A DNA stretch of 56,219 bases, filler included, from Platydemus manokwari (lineage: Eukaryota), in assembly GCA_037951405.1 (NCBI GenBank). It is 5 parts of 5 records of this genome, joined end to end, with 100 filler letters (N's around TTAATTAATTAA, not from the genome) between each part and the next. Parts side by side here need not be neighbours in the genome. Positions count along the whole stretch, not along the records: positions 43,725 to 56,219 come from JBBMOY010112233.1; 4 more parts are not named here. The stretch is one strand, 5' to 3'. Below, one piece after another: positions 43,726 to 56,219 of this stretch. The first letter of the stretch is position 1, and every line of letters begins with the position of its first letter. Position numbers and translations under genes: made by a program. The notes under the pieces were generated by a model, which was given only the letters and a program-made list of their open reading frames with translations, ran no database searches and was not told the DNA's origin.

Positions 43726-44845
43726 TGTTGAGTGTATTGCAAAATTCTATATAATTTATTTAATTATATTCTTTAAAAACATTTTGAATTTTTTATTTAA
43801 GTACTTAAGAAGAATTTAAGTTGTTTGAAATCAAATATTAAATAGACTAGAGTCACTAACTAGACTAGTCAATAGAGCTTTAAAATCTTTTAAAATTGAT
43901 TATTTCATAAACGGATCAGAGTAGGTTGAATTGCAATTTATTGAAAATTAGCGAGAACCCTTTTTTAACATTAAAAGCAAATCGAGAGAGATTCTCAATG
44001 TTTACAATTATTTTATAAAAATAAGCAATGATATTATTAAACATGTCTGTAATTCACTTGCTCGATTTATAATTATAAAAATTTAAATGTAAAAACTCAA
44101 ATAATCATATAGAAGTGTTGTGATTAAAATTGGAACTTGGTTCTAAAACTATAATTTGTCCCTATAAGACATCCTAAAAAAATATTAACTGAATTATGCG
44201 AATAAATCAAACTACGAAATTATATATCAAATTAAGTTATAAAATTATCTCATGCGCAAAAATCCATTATTAAGAAAACCATGTTTTGGTTTAAGTTAAA
44301 AAAATGTGTCCTAAAATGAAATTTTAAATGTGTTGAGTGTATTGCAAAATTCTATATAGTTAATTTAATTTTTTTCTTTAAAAACATTTTGAATTTTTAT
44401 TTAAGTATTTAAGAAGAATTTTAGTTGTTTGAAATCAAATATTAAATACATTAGAGCTTCAAAATCTCCTAAATTGTGATTATTTGGAAAAATGAATAAG
44501 GTAGATCGAGTTGCAATTTATTGAAAATTAGCGAGAACCCCTATTTTAAAATTAAAAGCACATTGAAAGATATTCTCAATTTTTACAAAAAATAAGCAAT
44601 GGTATTATTAAACATATGAGGAATTAACTAACTCGATTTGTAATTATAAAAATGTAAATTTAAAAACTCAAATAATCATATAGAAGTGTTGTGATTAGAA
44701 TGGTAATTTGGTTTTAAAACTATGTTTAGTCACTATTAAACATCTTAAAAAATGAGATGTTAACTGAATTATACGAATAAATCAAACATAGCAGTTACAA
44801 ATTAAATTAAATTATAAAATAATCTCATGAGCACAAATTCATTAT
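43726..44845. repeat. Diverged tandem repeat, 605-bp period (about 1.85 copies)
   Basis: tgttgagtgtattgcaaaattctata starts at 43726 and at 44331, and similarity persists along the unit. Confidence 0.9.
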
Positions 44846-45193
44846 AGCAAAAGTAGATCAAAGAACCTTTTTCTTAACTTAAACCAAAAATATTAAACAG
44901 TAATTTGAAATGATTACCAGGATTGAAGTAACTAAAGTTCATAAAGACTTATACGGAAATACTATATATGGATATCATTTAGTCACATAAATTATTTTGG
45001 TTATCTATTTAGAGATTTTTGAAGAAAATTATAATAACATAGTCACATATAATTTTGAGAGTAGTAATCAGATTTAAAATTGTTTGTTTATTTAAATTAA
45101 ATTAGTAATTTTTTAAAAAATTTTCAGGTATGTTAACCATCTTTTTAAATTATAGTTTATTTGTGTATTAATTGTCATTTAGGATTTTAATAC

Positions 45194-47673
45194 ATGAATT
45201 GTCCGTTATGTTTAAAATCAAATTTATACCACAAAGTTATTTTGATACATAACGTTTATGTATGTGACAGTGAAATGTGTAGTTTTTGTGAAACTTCAGA
45301 AAGGTTTGAAGAGTTATATAGTAAAGATAATTTACCAGTGACAAATATTAAGGAAAACTTTCTAAGTAATGATCAAATCAAATCATTTTCAAATACTGGT
45401 AACCTTGACTGTATTTATTCACATGAAAATTTAAATTATCAAACTAATTCTGAAACAAATGAAATTTTTGATTTTCTGGATGAAAATATAATGACAGAAA
45501 AACTTGTAGGGGAACGATCGAATTTTGAAGATTTATATTTACAATTTGAAAATACTTGTAATAATTTATTGAGTTATCAATCGAATGAAGATCAGATTAA
45601 TAAAGATTGTGTTGATAAGGGAATTTCAAGCGTAATGAGTGAGGCCATTTCCCAAGAAACATACTTAGAGAATGTAAATAATAAAATAAATGATGGGAAG
45701 ACGAAAAAAGTCATTAATATATTTAACACAATGAATTATTCTAAATCTAATATGATTGATAAATTTTTAATTAATAATCGCTTCAATTTTTGGTCTAATA
45801 ATAGCCGAATATTTAATTGGTTGCACATGCCGTATTATTTTGAGACCCATTCAAAAATTATTCAGATTTTGTTAATACATTTGAATCTTTTCAAGTTCAA
45901 TGAATCCTTGTCCATTGACGATTTGAAGTATGAATATTCCATCATTGAAGCTTTGGCCAATAATTACAACATGCATGCATTAAAACATTTGTCATATAAT
46001 TTTCTTCAGAAACTATCGGAAAAATTAGACAATGTTTGTAATGAAGAATTTTATGTCAAACCTATTTATGAAAAGGTTTGCTCATCTTTGCAAGATTTAT
46101 TGGAACTAAATGATGGCACGAATTCCAAATCTGAATATGTGACGAAAATTTCGTGTTCTTCCTGTAATTTTGCATCTGTTACAACAAGAAATGATTGTTT
46201 TGTGGTCCAGGATCGATACGATAGTCCGATTAGAATTACTAGAGACAAATTAATCTATCAAAGTAATTGTTTAAAATGTTGTAAGAAATCCTCGAAAACA
46301 ATCAAATTTCATAAATTTCCACCGTTTATGATTTGTTATTGTCCCGATGGAATGGGAAATAGTTTTTTTCCACTTGATAGCAGAATCATTTCGAGCGATA
46401 GTAATGAGCTATCGGTGATTGGTGTTATTGAAATCGATTCCAGGAATGACTTCGAAGATTCTTTCAATCAACGATCTTTTGATAAATCAAATGTTAATTC
46501 AGAATTTTGTGTTCATTTCAGAAATACAAGTATGTGTTTAACATCTACAATTGATCACAATCATTAGTTTTGACCTATCTTAACATTCTGATCACGGATT
46601 CCATTTACCATGCTTACAAAACATTTTTCATTTTTCCCAGGTAAATTTAACCCGTTAGCACTTCAAATTAATATTAATTTTTTTTATTTAAATGATTTCT
46701 TAAAATTAATCGATTAAAACTAAGTTGATCGGGTGAATAAATTAATTTTCCTCCAACCAATGAAATATAATATTTTCACTTTATTATTATGTATTTAATA
46801 TAATCATTTATCGATAGAATCTTGCATTAACGTTTGTTGTTTGATCAATTGTACTGTTTTTTTGTGTGTGATTTGTTCAAAATTTCATTTTATTTTATAG
46901 ATGGATGGTACACCATTAACGGTGGAAAGGATTATCTTTGTTCTCCAAATCAATTGATATCCATTGAATCCTGGTCTGATGTTCGATTTGTTATTTTTGG
47001 TGATGCTTCTGATCCTCAAATGTTTCAAAACGACTTATCGGCTTCGAAATTTCTCAAAACTCATGAGGATTATATCAAAAATTTGATTAGAAGTCATCCG
47101 AAAAAGACTGAATTTGATATGCTATGCAGGAGAATCATTAATAAGAAAATCATGAGAAAATGCACCGATCGCAAGCAAAAAATAAATAATATCAAAGCCA
47201 GTATCGATAAAATGGAACATCGAGAACCAACAATTCACCAATCAGAATTTTGTGACGTAGATTTAAATATGGAGCAGTGTGATGATCAACGTGCACACAA
47301 GCAGAATGATATCATTGGTTGTTTAAATCTCGTCGACGAATCAGTTATTTTATCCAATCATTCGCCAGACAATCTATCATACACGTCAACAAATAACCAA
47401 GATCTTCACACCAACGATTATCGATTGAAAAATGTATCGATTGGCAACACATCATCTGGTGTTTCTTCAGCGTCGTCATTGTTCGATAATTATGATTTTT
47501 TTTCCAAATCTTGTACAATAAGAAACTCTCAATTCCACTCCCAATCATTATATTCATCTCAATCCACCAGTCAGTCCAGAAGTGACCAATCATCGCATAA
47601 ATCACAGAAACGAAATCTTTCCCTTGACGACCTCATTTATAAACAGTGTAAAAGGTTGAAAGCTAGAAATTGA
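45194..47673 (+). CDS. USPL1: USPL1-like (peptidase C98, SUMO-specific isopeptidase family), probably catalytically dead (exons 45194-46529, 46901-47673; 702 aa)
   Basis: N-terminal CPLC..VYVCDSEMC Zn motif; WSNN..WL at the Cys-box position; CSSC..CLKC fingers followed by KFPPFMICYCPDGM; VIGVIE..FCVHF..GWY..SDVRFVIF, all in the same order as in recalled USPL1. A phase-1 GT-AG intron lies at 46530-46900, with a 5'UTR intron at 45128-45182. Confidence 0.72.
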
Positions 47674-48149
47674 TGTATTTCCCAGATTGATTTTATTTTA
47701 ATATATTGCTTTTGATCGTCATTTTGTTATTTAATTGATAAAGAATGTGCTTAGGTATTATGTACTATATATGATCAAAATTGATTTCGGTGCATCGTAT
47801 TGATAAATCCATTGATATGTTATGGTTTCAGAATTGATGGATTCATTTTGCGGAATTAATCTGATCAAATGATTGAAACTATCATAACCAAGCAATTACC
47901 ATGGATTTGGATTTACTTTACAAGTTTTTTTAAATATGTTGATTAATAGATAATAATAAATCACGATAAAAAGGTAGTGCAAGCTAGTCGAATAATAGGA
48001 TGAGGCATGACTCGAATCAAGTTAAGATTCCGAACTGCAATTGTTGGGAAGAGAAAAAGAAGAATCACCGATTATTTGCATAGTCATTATATCATTGTGT
48101 GATAGGATTGATATAGATTTCAATAGAGATCCTGTTTCTAATAGAAGTT

Positions 48150-48740
48150 GATTGAATTGCATTTGTGTGTGAAGAATTGTCTGGATTTGAATAACCACTT
48201 CCTGCATTGGTAAAAACTCATATTTCTGTACCGAGCATGTGAACTGTTTTGACCTGATCTTTATTACCACATGCTGAGTTAAAAAGGGCGAAAAATGGTG
48301 ATATTTGTAAGTGGACTTCTGTATTGAATAAACTGTTAAATCTTTGTATAAGTTCTTGGGATTGCATTTTGTATTGTTTGGTGAATATCAATATGATTTA
48401 AATTACTGCACGAGGTGCAAAACAGAAATTCACCTTCATATAAAAGATATATCATTTAATTTGCAAATCCGGTTCTTTATTAGGCACACCAGATGCATTT
48501 GTAATGCTAATGGAGCGAAGTGCACTGAGAGTGGTTTGGGGGATCAAGTTAAGTATTACAATAATGTTTGTATGGTTAATTAATGCTCTTATCGACATAG
48601 AGAGTGCATAGTGAGACACATTGTATTCGTCGGTTTGGTCTATCATATAACCGAGGTCCATCGGCCATTCAATGTTGACAGAGTATACAGGAAGTTTCAG
48701 GATATCCTCGATATATAAGTCCAGTGTCAGAGCTAAGATA
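48150..48740 (-). mobile_element. Degenerate PIF1-type (Helitron) helicase C-terminal half
   Basis: Collinear relics NASGVPNKEPDLQI (SGxPPHxLxLK), AIPRT (IPRI) and NKDQVKTVHMLG..VFTNAG (NKSQGQT..VG..VFSHG), with stops and frameshifts. Confidence 0.5.
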
Positions 48741-49512
48741 TGAAACTTTCTTATAAACGCAGATTAACAGATTAGGTGAATCGAGGTATCTATGGACAAG
48801 TTTTAGACAATTATCCCGAGGGTAGCATAAAACACATGACTGCATGACAAAATTTAGCTACTATGCAATGACATAAAATCTACGTCTTTCATCAATAGGC
48901 TCTGTTCTAAGATCCGCATATTTAAAAGGAATATGTTAAATCAAACATAATTGGCAATGTAGCCATTGCAGACATTACTATCGAATTACTATAGTTTCGA
49001 TTAACAAAATGAGTTAATATTTCTGGATTATTGGTTGTTTTAAAAAAATATTAGTCGGGTATGAATCGATAATAAGTTAATGAGAAATGTCTATCGCCCG
49101 TCGGTTACAGTTATCAAAGATCACCTGTGTGTGGGCAAAAGGAATCATTCATGAATTTTATTATCGTTTCACTCAAGCTCCTTGACTATCAACACAAGAT
49201 TGATCTCAAATGACTATGATTACACCAAGAATTCTTATTTTTTTAACCTTGGACTTAAATGACAATTTCAAATTTCTATAGATCTATGGTTGCCAAAGGT
49301 GAAATGTTAAAATAGTCCGAATCACAATATACATAATTTAATTATGTTGGTAAATGCCTTAAAGTGTCCATGAAATATAAGTTTAATAACCTTGGTTTAA
49401 TGAATTTTTTCTTAAAAATTAGAGGTTTTTGTTTCTCATTTATCTGTTTTACTCATCTCATGTTATTGTATTCGATGCATTATTGATGTTTCTTATGTTA
49501 TTGATCTTATAA

Positions 49513-49578
<66 letters not shown>
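49513..49578. repeat. (ATT)n microsatellite
   Basis: About 21-22 perfect units. Confidence 0.95.
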
Positions 49579-49579
<1 letters not shown>

Positions 49580-49770
49580 ACTATCACACATTTTTATTTA
49601 TTTTGGTAATTTGCTTTGACAAATTGTTTGAAAATTAACACAAGATTATATAAAAATAAATACAATTAAAAACAAACAGAATGGGAAAAAATAATGCTCA
49701 TACACTAATAAAACACTATTGTTCTTCGGATAAAGTTAAAAAAAAGGATCCTAAAATAAAATTTTTAATC

Positions 49771-50000
49771 TGTAGATTGTATTGCAGAAATCTATATAGT
49801 TTATTTAATTAAATTCTTTAAAAACATTTTGAATTTTTTTATTTAAGTACTTGAGAAGTATTTTAGTTGTTTATAATCAAAAATTATATACACAGGAGTT
49901 TGAAAATCTATTACAAATTAATTATTTGATAAACGGGTCAAAGTAGATCAAGAAGTAATTCATTGAAAAATAGCGAGGACCTCCTTTTTAACATTAGAAG
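49771..50000. repeat. Third, partial copy of the 605-bp repeat
   Basis: tgtattgcagaaatctatatagtttatttaa..aaaacattttgaatttt..tagcgagga matches the units at 43726 and 44331 in the same orientation. Confidence 0.85.
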
Positions 50001-53000
50001 CAAAGCGAACGATGGTACTTGTGTTTTATCTCAAAAATAAGTATATATATATTGTGATATCAAACAACAATTTGAATCTACGAATCTATATTAATCAAAA
50101 TAATAATCAATAATAACAATAGCAAATCTTTACGTAATTGAGAAAGAAAATCATTCAAGATGGAGTCAGTGCTAGAAAGTTAAAAACAGAATTAATAGTA
50201 ATGAAAAAGACTGATTACTGAAATCACATGTAAGCTAAGCACTGAAGTTACTGAATAAAAAAGACTGGCGAAATTCCATGGAATTCAGCCTCTTTTATAG
50301 ACTCATCGAGTGTACCTGCTTAATGTCGCGGATCTTCGTTTTCAATTCGCTAAATTTGTTTGTGGATTGATTTACTTGAGATTTTTCTTATATCTTTTAT
50401 GTCATTTGCGGATATTTGAGCTTGCTGCCTTTTGTAGGCATGTGTCTGTCGATTCTTAGCTTTTAAGTCTGAATTAGCATTAGAACGAATCTGCTTGGTT
50501 AACAGCACGTGTGTTTATCGGGTTTGTATGTATTGACCATTTTTAGGGTTTTCCTCGGTTCTTGGGACTCTTTTGACTAATTTGTAATAATATATAATAA
50601 ATTGGAAACATATATCAAAAACCTGTCGATACTGTAATGAACTGAAGATTTCATCCAAATAAAATAAATAAAAAGTTTCGGAATTCGAATAAGAACTTAT
50701 TTCAACAATTCGGCCCTGCCCCTTTTCGAGATTCTGAATTAGGTATTTTTGATGCACAAGACTCACACACAAAGTGTATTAGCAAAATAACCTCCATAAG
50801 CAAGCCAACAATCAACAAATTGTGACAATTTTAATTAAAATATAACTAAGAATTTAGAATTATTTATTAAGGCACAAAAATTGTAGATTCCACGTCTATT
50901 AAGTAATAGTTTGACATATAAAAGTAATTGGTTGTCTAAATATCGTCGTAGAAATTGACGAGGCCTATTCTGGAGGAGACAAATATAATAACGGCTCTCG
51001 AAGACATTGTATTTGAGTGGTTGAAAGACTGTAGACATATAATAAGAAAGAGCGTCAACTCTGAAAGCAATAAATAGAAGTTAAATATAAATTTTATATT
51101 TAAAATAATACTTTTATTCAATTGGATGTTTGTGAAACCATGATTCATAATATATAAGCATTGTTAGAGTTGTTTTTCCTTTATCATATAAAATTAAGTC
51201 TTAAGCAAAAATTTTATTAAATTATGATTAAAAATAAATTTTAATATTAAATTATGCACGAAAATTCATTACATTAAAATTGGGTCACAGGACCCGTTTT
51301 CTTAATTTAAGCATGTTCTTCAATGATAATTCATAATTCAGATTTTTTGCCAGATTTGAGCACACGATTTTGATTTGGTAAAACAAAATGATAATTTGTT
51401 GATAAGAAATTTGGCTGGTGCAATTGTAGAATTTTGGTTTAAGAATTAGCAGAATTGTATCATTAATGAGAGAATGCGGTTGGCATTGTCGTATTATAAG
51501 TGGGTATTCCTAGTACATATTTCTAACGTGGCATGATCTTTAACCAGTTGTGTTTCCTTAGGTTATCGTTGTTTTCAATTTTACACAGGGCTTAAAATTC
51601 AAATATCAACCACGACGATTATATTAAAAAAATTATTATCCAACATTTCTATTCATTTATAATTTTCATACTTGCTCTGTTTTTCATTACACTAGCGCTT
51701 TTGGTTTGAGATACTCAAAAACTCAATACTCATAAATATTTGATATGCTTGTGGAGTAGAAAATAAAACAGTGACTATATTAACAAATGCTCAAATTTCA
51801 GTTTCGCTAGTCAAACAAAAAAGAAAACATCGTAAGACAGCGTTTTCTCATATTCCATCTATGTCTAACTGATTTCCACTGCACTTACTGATGTCCAGAA
51901 CATGAAATCGACGTTGTTTTTTGCTGGTTCATATCAAAATAATATTCGAAATTCCACCAGTGGAAATCTTAAAAATTATTTAAATATAAACCGGCACTAA
52001 ATCAGTCTCAAATTCTATTACTCCTATTTACTAAAAATCATTGAGGGGCTGTTTAATAATACATTTATTTATTAAATTATACTGTTTTATTATTTTTACA
52101 GGCACTAGAGGGGTTTCAATAACAAGTATTGGAGACATTACTATCGGGAAATATTATTATAACATTCAATGCCCGGTGCGTTAACAAAGTGAATTATTGG
52201 CAGTTCTAAGCGGACGGAGAAAATAGAAGATTAGTTGGTTAAATATATCACGGTTTCAACGGCATTTTCGAATTTAAATAATATTAGTAATTATTAGATG
52301 AATTATAACAAATATTAACTTGATAGCTATCAATAAATCTTATGTTTCTCCGTACAGTTAAATAATTAATTTTCAAAACTTCAGAAATATCAATTTAATA
52401 ATATTTTCTCAATATAATCCTGTGATTTCAATGGATATAACCGCAATAATGATATTCGAATCACAATGATTCTTGGCAAATGCAACTGACGGCTTTGAAA
52501 GTCAATTAATAATTTTTAGAATTGCTAATAATATCTAGCTAGCGGTAGCTCTTGAGATGATATTTTTGATGAATGGTTTCAGCGACTTGTGACTTTCATA
52601 TTTGTAGCCTTTTCACTATGTTGTCGGTTACTCTTGTTTTTTTCACTTTTTGTCTGTTTTCCAGTAATTATGATAATTTTATTTGTTACTAATTATTAAA
52701 TTAGAATGTTATTATTTAATTTATTTCTTATTCTTATTAATTAATTAAATATTATTATTTAATACCTGCTTTATTTTATTTCATTTTATTATTATGTTGG
52801 GTCTATGTGATGTAGAGCACAACGATACCAACAAACTTATTAATCTGACTCCAAAAGACAAATAGGTTGATCTCTAAGTTTGCTTTAATATCACAATGTA
52901 CAAGCATTCTTTACAAAAGTAAATCAGGAGGGCTGATGCCTTAAATAAATCCATCAATAAAAATCGGATTAAGTTCTGATACAAAATTGAAAATGCCAGC

Positions 53001-54139
53001 CAAGGATCTACTATTGGCTTTACTACGCGTATAAATTATATTACGGCGCGAACAAATATTTCAGGTTCTCTCAAATACTATCACATTCGCCAATGCACTT
53101 TATTTGTTCTACTTAACCGGTATTTGGAAATCCTATTTCAGAATACCCTCTATAGTATGGAATGGTACAAAATTAATTTACCATTTATAATTTTTAGTTT
53201 AAATAAACAAAGGAAAATATTTAAATAATTAATTTTATTGTTTATTTTTAATATTATTTTATTTTGATATTTATTTTTAGAAACAATAATTTTATTTTAA
53301 CAATTATTATTTTCTCTCAGTTTTATTTATTGATTTTTATTTTCAAAAATTTCAGCTTCAAATATTTGAATTTATTTTAGTCAACTAATGTCTATTACTT
53401 TGTTTTTGTCTGGGTTCTACAATTTGCTTCCTCAAAATTTTTGAAGTTTACTGATTTCGAAAAAAAATTTAAAGATTAACAAAATACATTTATTAAATCA
53501 CTGAATAAAAGATAAATCACTAAGTTAATAATGTCTGTTTTACAGTAATATCCTCTTCCATTTGATACGGCGCTCTTCCCAAATACTGCTGCAGAAAAAC
53601 TTAGATGGCCTAATTGACACCTTTCTCCCCATTTCATTAATTTGCTGAATGGAGATTTGTTAGAAGGCGATTTGTGTTTTCACCTTGTTCCATTTTCGTT
53701 TCTTTAGCAATCATTATCTTTTTATTTTAATTATATGTAAAATGATTGAAATGAATAACGACAAGAAAAATCAATTGAATTTATGAGATTATATAGAATG
53801 TCATAATTCTAAAGAATAAATAGTGCAATGATTGATGTGATGTTAAAATAAAATTAGAAATAAATTGAAATGATAAATAAGTAAAAATAAATTAGAAAAG
53901 CTAATGAAATAAAAATAATATTAATAATAAAATAAAATCAATAATAAAATGTAATTAGTGATAATTAAAGTAAAGTGAAAATATTTAATTTTAGAAAGAC
54001 TGAAAATAATTTAAGTCAGACAGATAGAAATGTGAACGAGATAAAATTTACCGGGTTTATAAACATATAAAAATTATCGACATACATTAAGGGATTTGAC
54101 AAGATATTTTATTTGATATTTATTTTGATTATTTGAGCT

Positions 54140-54660
54140 GCTTTGACTTAAGTTGTACACTTTCGTGCCTCGTAGTTGACAGGCTCATTTAAGTGTATTC
54201 TTACAATATATTAAGTATATCCTTCAAAACAATGAGTCATAGAAATGTTTTCAACATAATCTTTACATACATCTCAAATGACTACACATTTCTATCGAAA
54301 CCTACTCAAAAATCTCAAAATCGATGTTATGACGGCTGTTAGAAAAGCTCAACCAAACACGATTAAAATCTCGGTTGTTTTTACTGTAATGAATCTTTCA
54401 TCCACCATGTATCATTAATAATTTATTTCGTTTAATAACAATGAAAATATATAAATTTCTTTAACAGCACATTAACGAGTTCAAATTTGGTTTGTTAAAT
54501 TGACTGGATAGGTTAGTTTCAATAATTGACTGGTGACAAAATTATGGGTGAACACAAGACCACTCAATATTATATATTTAGTTTTTAATTATATTTTTAA
54601 TTAGATTGATAACTTTTAATAAGATCCGATCGCTGTGAAGGACGGTTAAAGCGATATCAT
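54140..54660 (+). mobile_element. Degenerate MULE/Mutator transposase
   Basis: Relics LYTF, DVMTAVRKAQPNT..LGCFY (A..FP..GCxFH-like) and RSDRCEGR (RTNNxxEG-like), in order. Confidence 0.4.
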
Positions 54661-55212
54661 CAGAGTTCAACTGCATAACAATTTTAAAAAATCGACTATT
54701 TTAAGTCACGAACAAAACTAACAAATTAAAGATTGAAGAATTATGAAGATCTTCTGATTGAAACAAAAGCTTTAAAAATATTTTAGCATTGCGAAAATAC
54801 ACTATTCAATATTTCACAACTTTGTGGATCCAAAGAATTATTATTACAAATTAACAATTACAATTTAAACAACTCTTAAAAAACTAATCATATAACTCGA
54901 GGAAGTGCCAATTTATATATTTAATGACACCAAAGTACATTTCTTCAGCGAATCTCAGATTCATTCAAAAACTACTTTAAAAAATTGACAAAAACCCATA
55001 CGAAAAAATATTTCACAGAAACCAAGTTCATACAATTGAAATCTGAAGAATGAAATTATAAATGAAAGGATTCTTTTTCAAATGGCAATATATTATATTA
55101 AAATCAAACTCAATAAACACAGTATTGGAAAAAAATAAAAAAAAATAGAAAAACTAATCCACACAATTTTTTATATTGACTAATAACCACAACCATCCAC
55201 GGTGAAAATAAA

Positions 55213-55420
55213 TCAATCCTTTGAATTTGGTTTCTGCCATTCAGACGCTTTTTCCAAGAGAGTTTTTCGTAAACTGTTTATGTTTCGCTGTAATGATAAA
55301 TGAAAGCCTTTGGACACTGGGGCGAGAGGAAAATCTGGTAAACTTATCTTTTCACGATTCAATTCCAAATATTCTTCATCCAATTTCGACCAAAAATCAT
55401 GTATTTCAACAAGACTAAAA
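55213..55420 (-). mobile_element. hAT transposase C-terminal dimerisation-domain relic
   Basis: IHDFWSKLDEEYLELNR..FP....SKGF resembles FW..EYPxL..PFx(S/T)TYLCExGFS. Frameshifted afterwards. Confidence 0.55.
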
Positions 55421-56219
55421 TAAAACAAAATAATTAGCTATATCAATTCCATGATCAGAAAAACATCAGAAAAAAATTTTCGCCAGAGAAACTTGAAAAA
55501 ATTTTAGAATAAAAATCGAATTAATTCTTGACTCTGAGGAAAATCAATTTCAAGATAATCACTTTGAATTGTTATCAGAAATCTTAATTTTGCAAATCAA
55601 TATCAACCTAAACTAAACACAACCGATTTATATACAAGTAGTAAAGCTAATTCTTTAATTTGAGATTGTTTCCAATATTTTAAATCAGTAATTTTTTATA
55701 AATTCGAGTATTTTAAACAAAGATTTCGAGAATAGAAGACTATTTTATTTATCCAATAACCTCCCTATCAAAATTTTTAAAATTTATGGATCAAATAAAA
55801 TAAAAGTTGAGTAAAGAATGAAATGTCGAAATCAATTTTTTGTATTACAAATAATCAACTCAAATTTTGAACGTTATCCATAACGGGGAAACAACTTTCA
55901 ATCAGAATTTTTAGCGACGTGCAAAAAATTAAGTTATAGCAATTAAACATAATTGGAAATCGAACCTAGATGACATCTGTCATTTATAAATACGTATAAT
56001 TGATTATATGGTCTTTTCTAACGTTCTTATTCTTTGTAAAATCCGTCTACTTATAATCTATAAATCCCCTATTATTAATTAGAAAGGCTAATAAAACAAA
56101 CAATAATTAAATGCAGAAAAAACTATGAAATGAGGCTTGTGGACGAAGAGTATTGTAATTTCAACACGTAATTAAAAGAGAGGGAATAAAATCTCATTAC
56201 TTTGACAATTATAATAAAA

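Overview
This is AT-rich animal (invertebrate-like) nuclear DNA, not prokaryotic. It consists of five contigs joined by identical artificial 100-bp spacers (44 N + TTAATTAATTAA + 44 N), so adjacency across the spacers is not trustworthy. Genes have mostly very short GT-AG introns (35-64 nt), which is why the ORF track only shows fragments. Genes reconstructed by hand: a Nemo-like kinase (NLK) whose six 3' exons are intact but whose adjacent N-lobe sequence looks decayed; a lone Unc-13/Munc13 exon just upstream on the same strand; ARMC1; a Shaw/Kv3-type K+ channel with an aberrant filter (TMAAVGFGD); an unknown three-exon gene; two tandem secreted F-type lectin + PAN/Apple genes, the second truncated; and a USPL1-like SUMO isopeptidase that appears to lack its catalytic residues. 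The rest is decayed transposons (Tc1/mariner, a Tc2-like MITE, Gypsy, LINE, Helitron, MULE, hAT), intron-containing pseudogenes and repeats. All family assignments come from recalled motifs, not from database searches.
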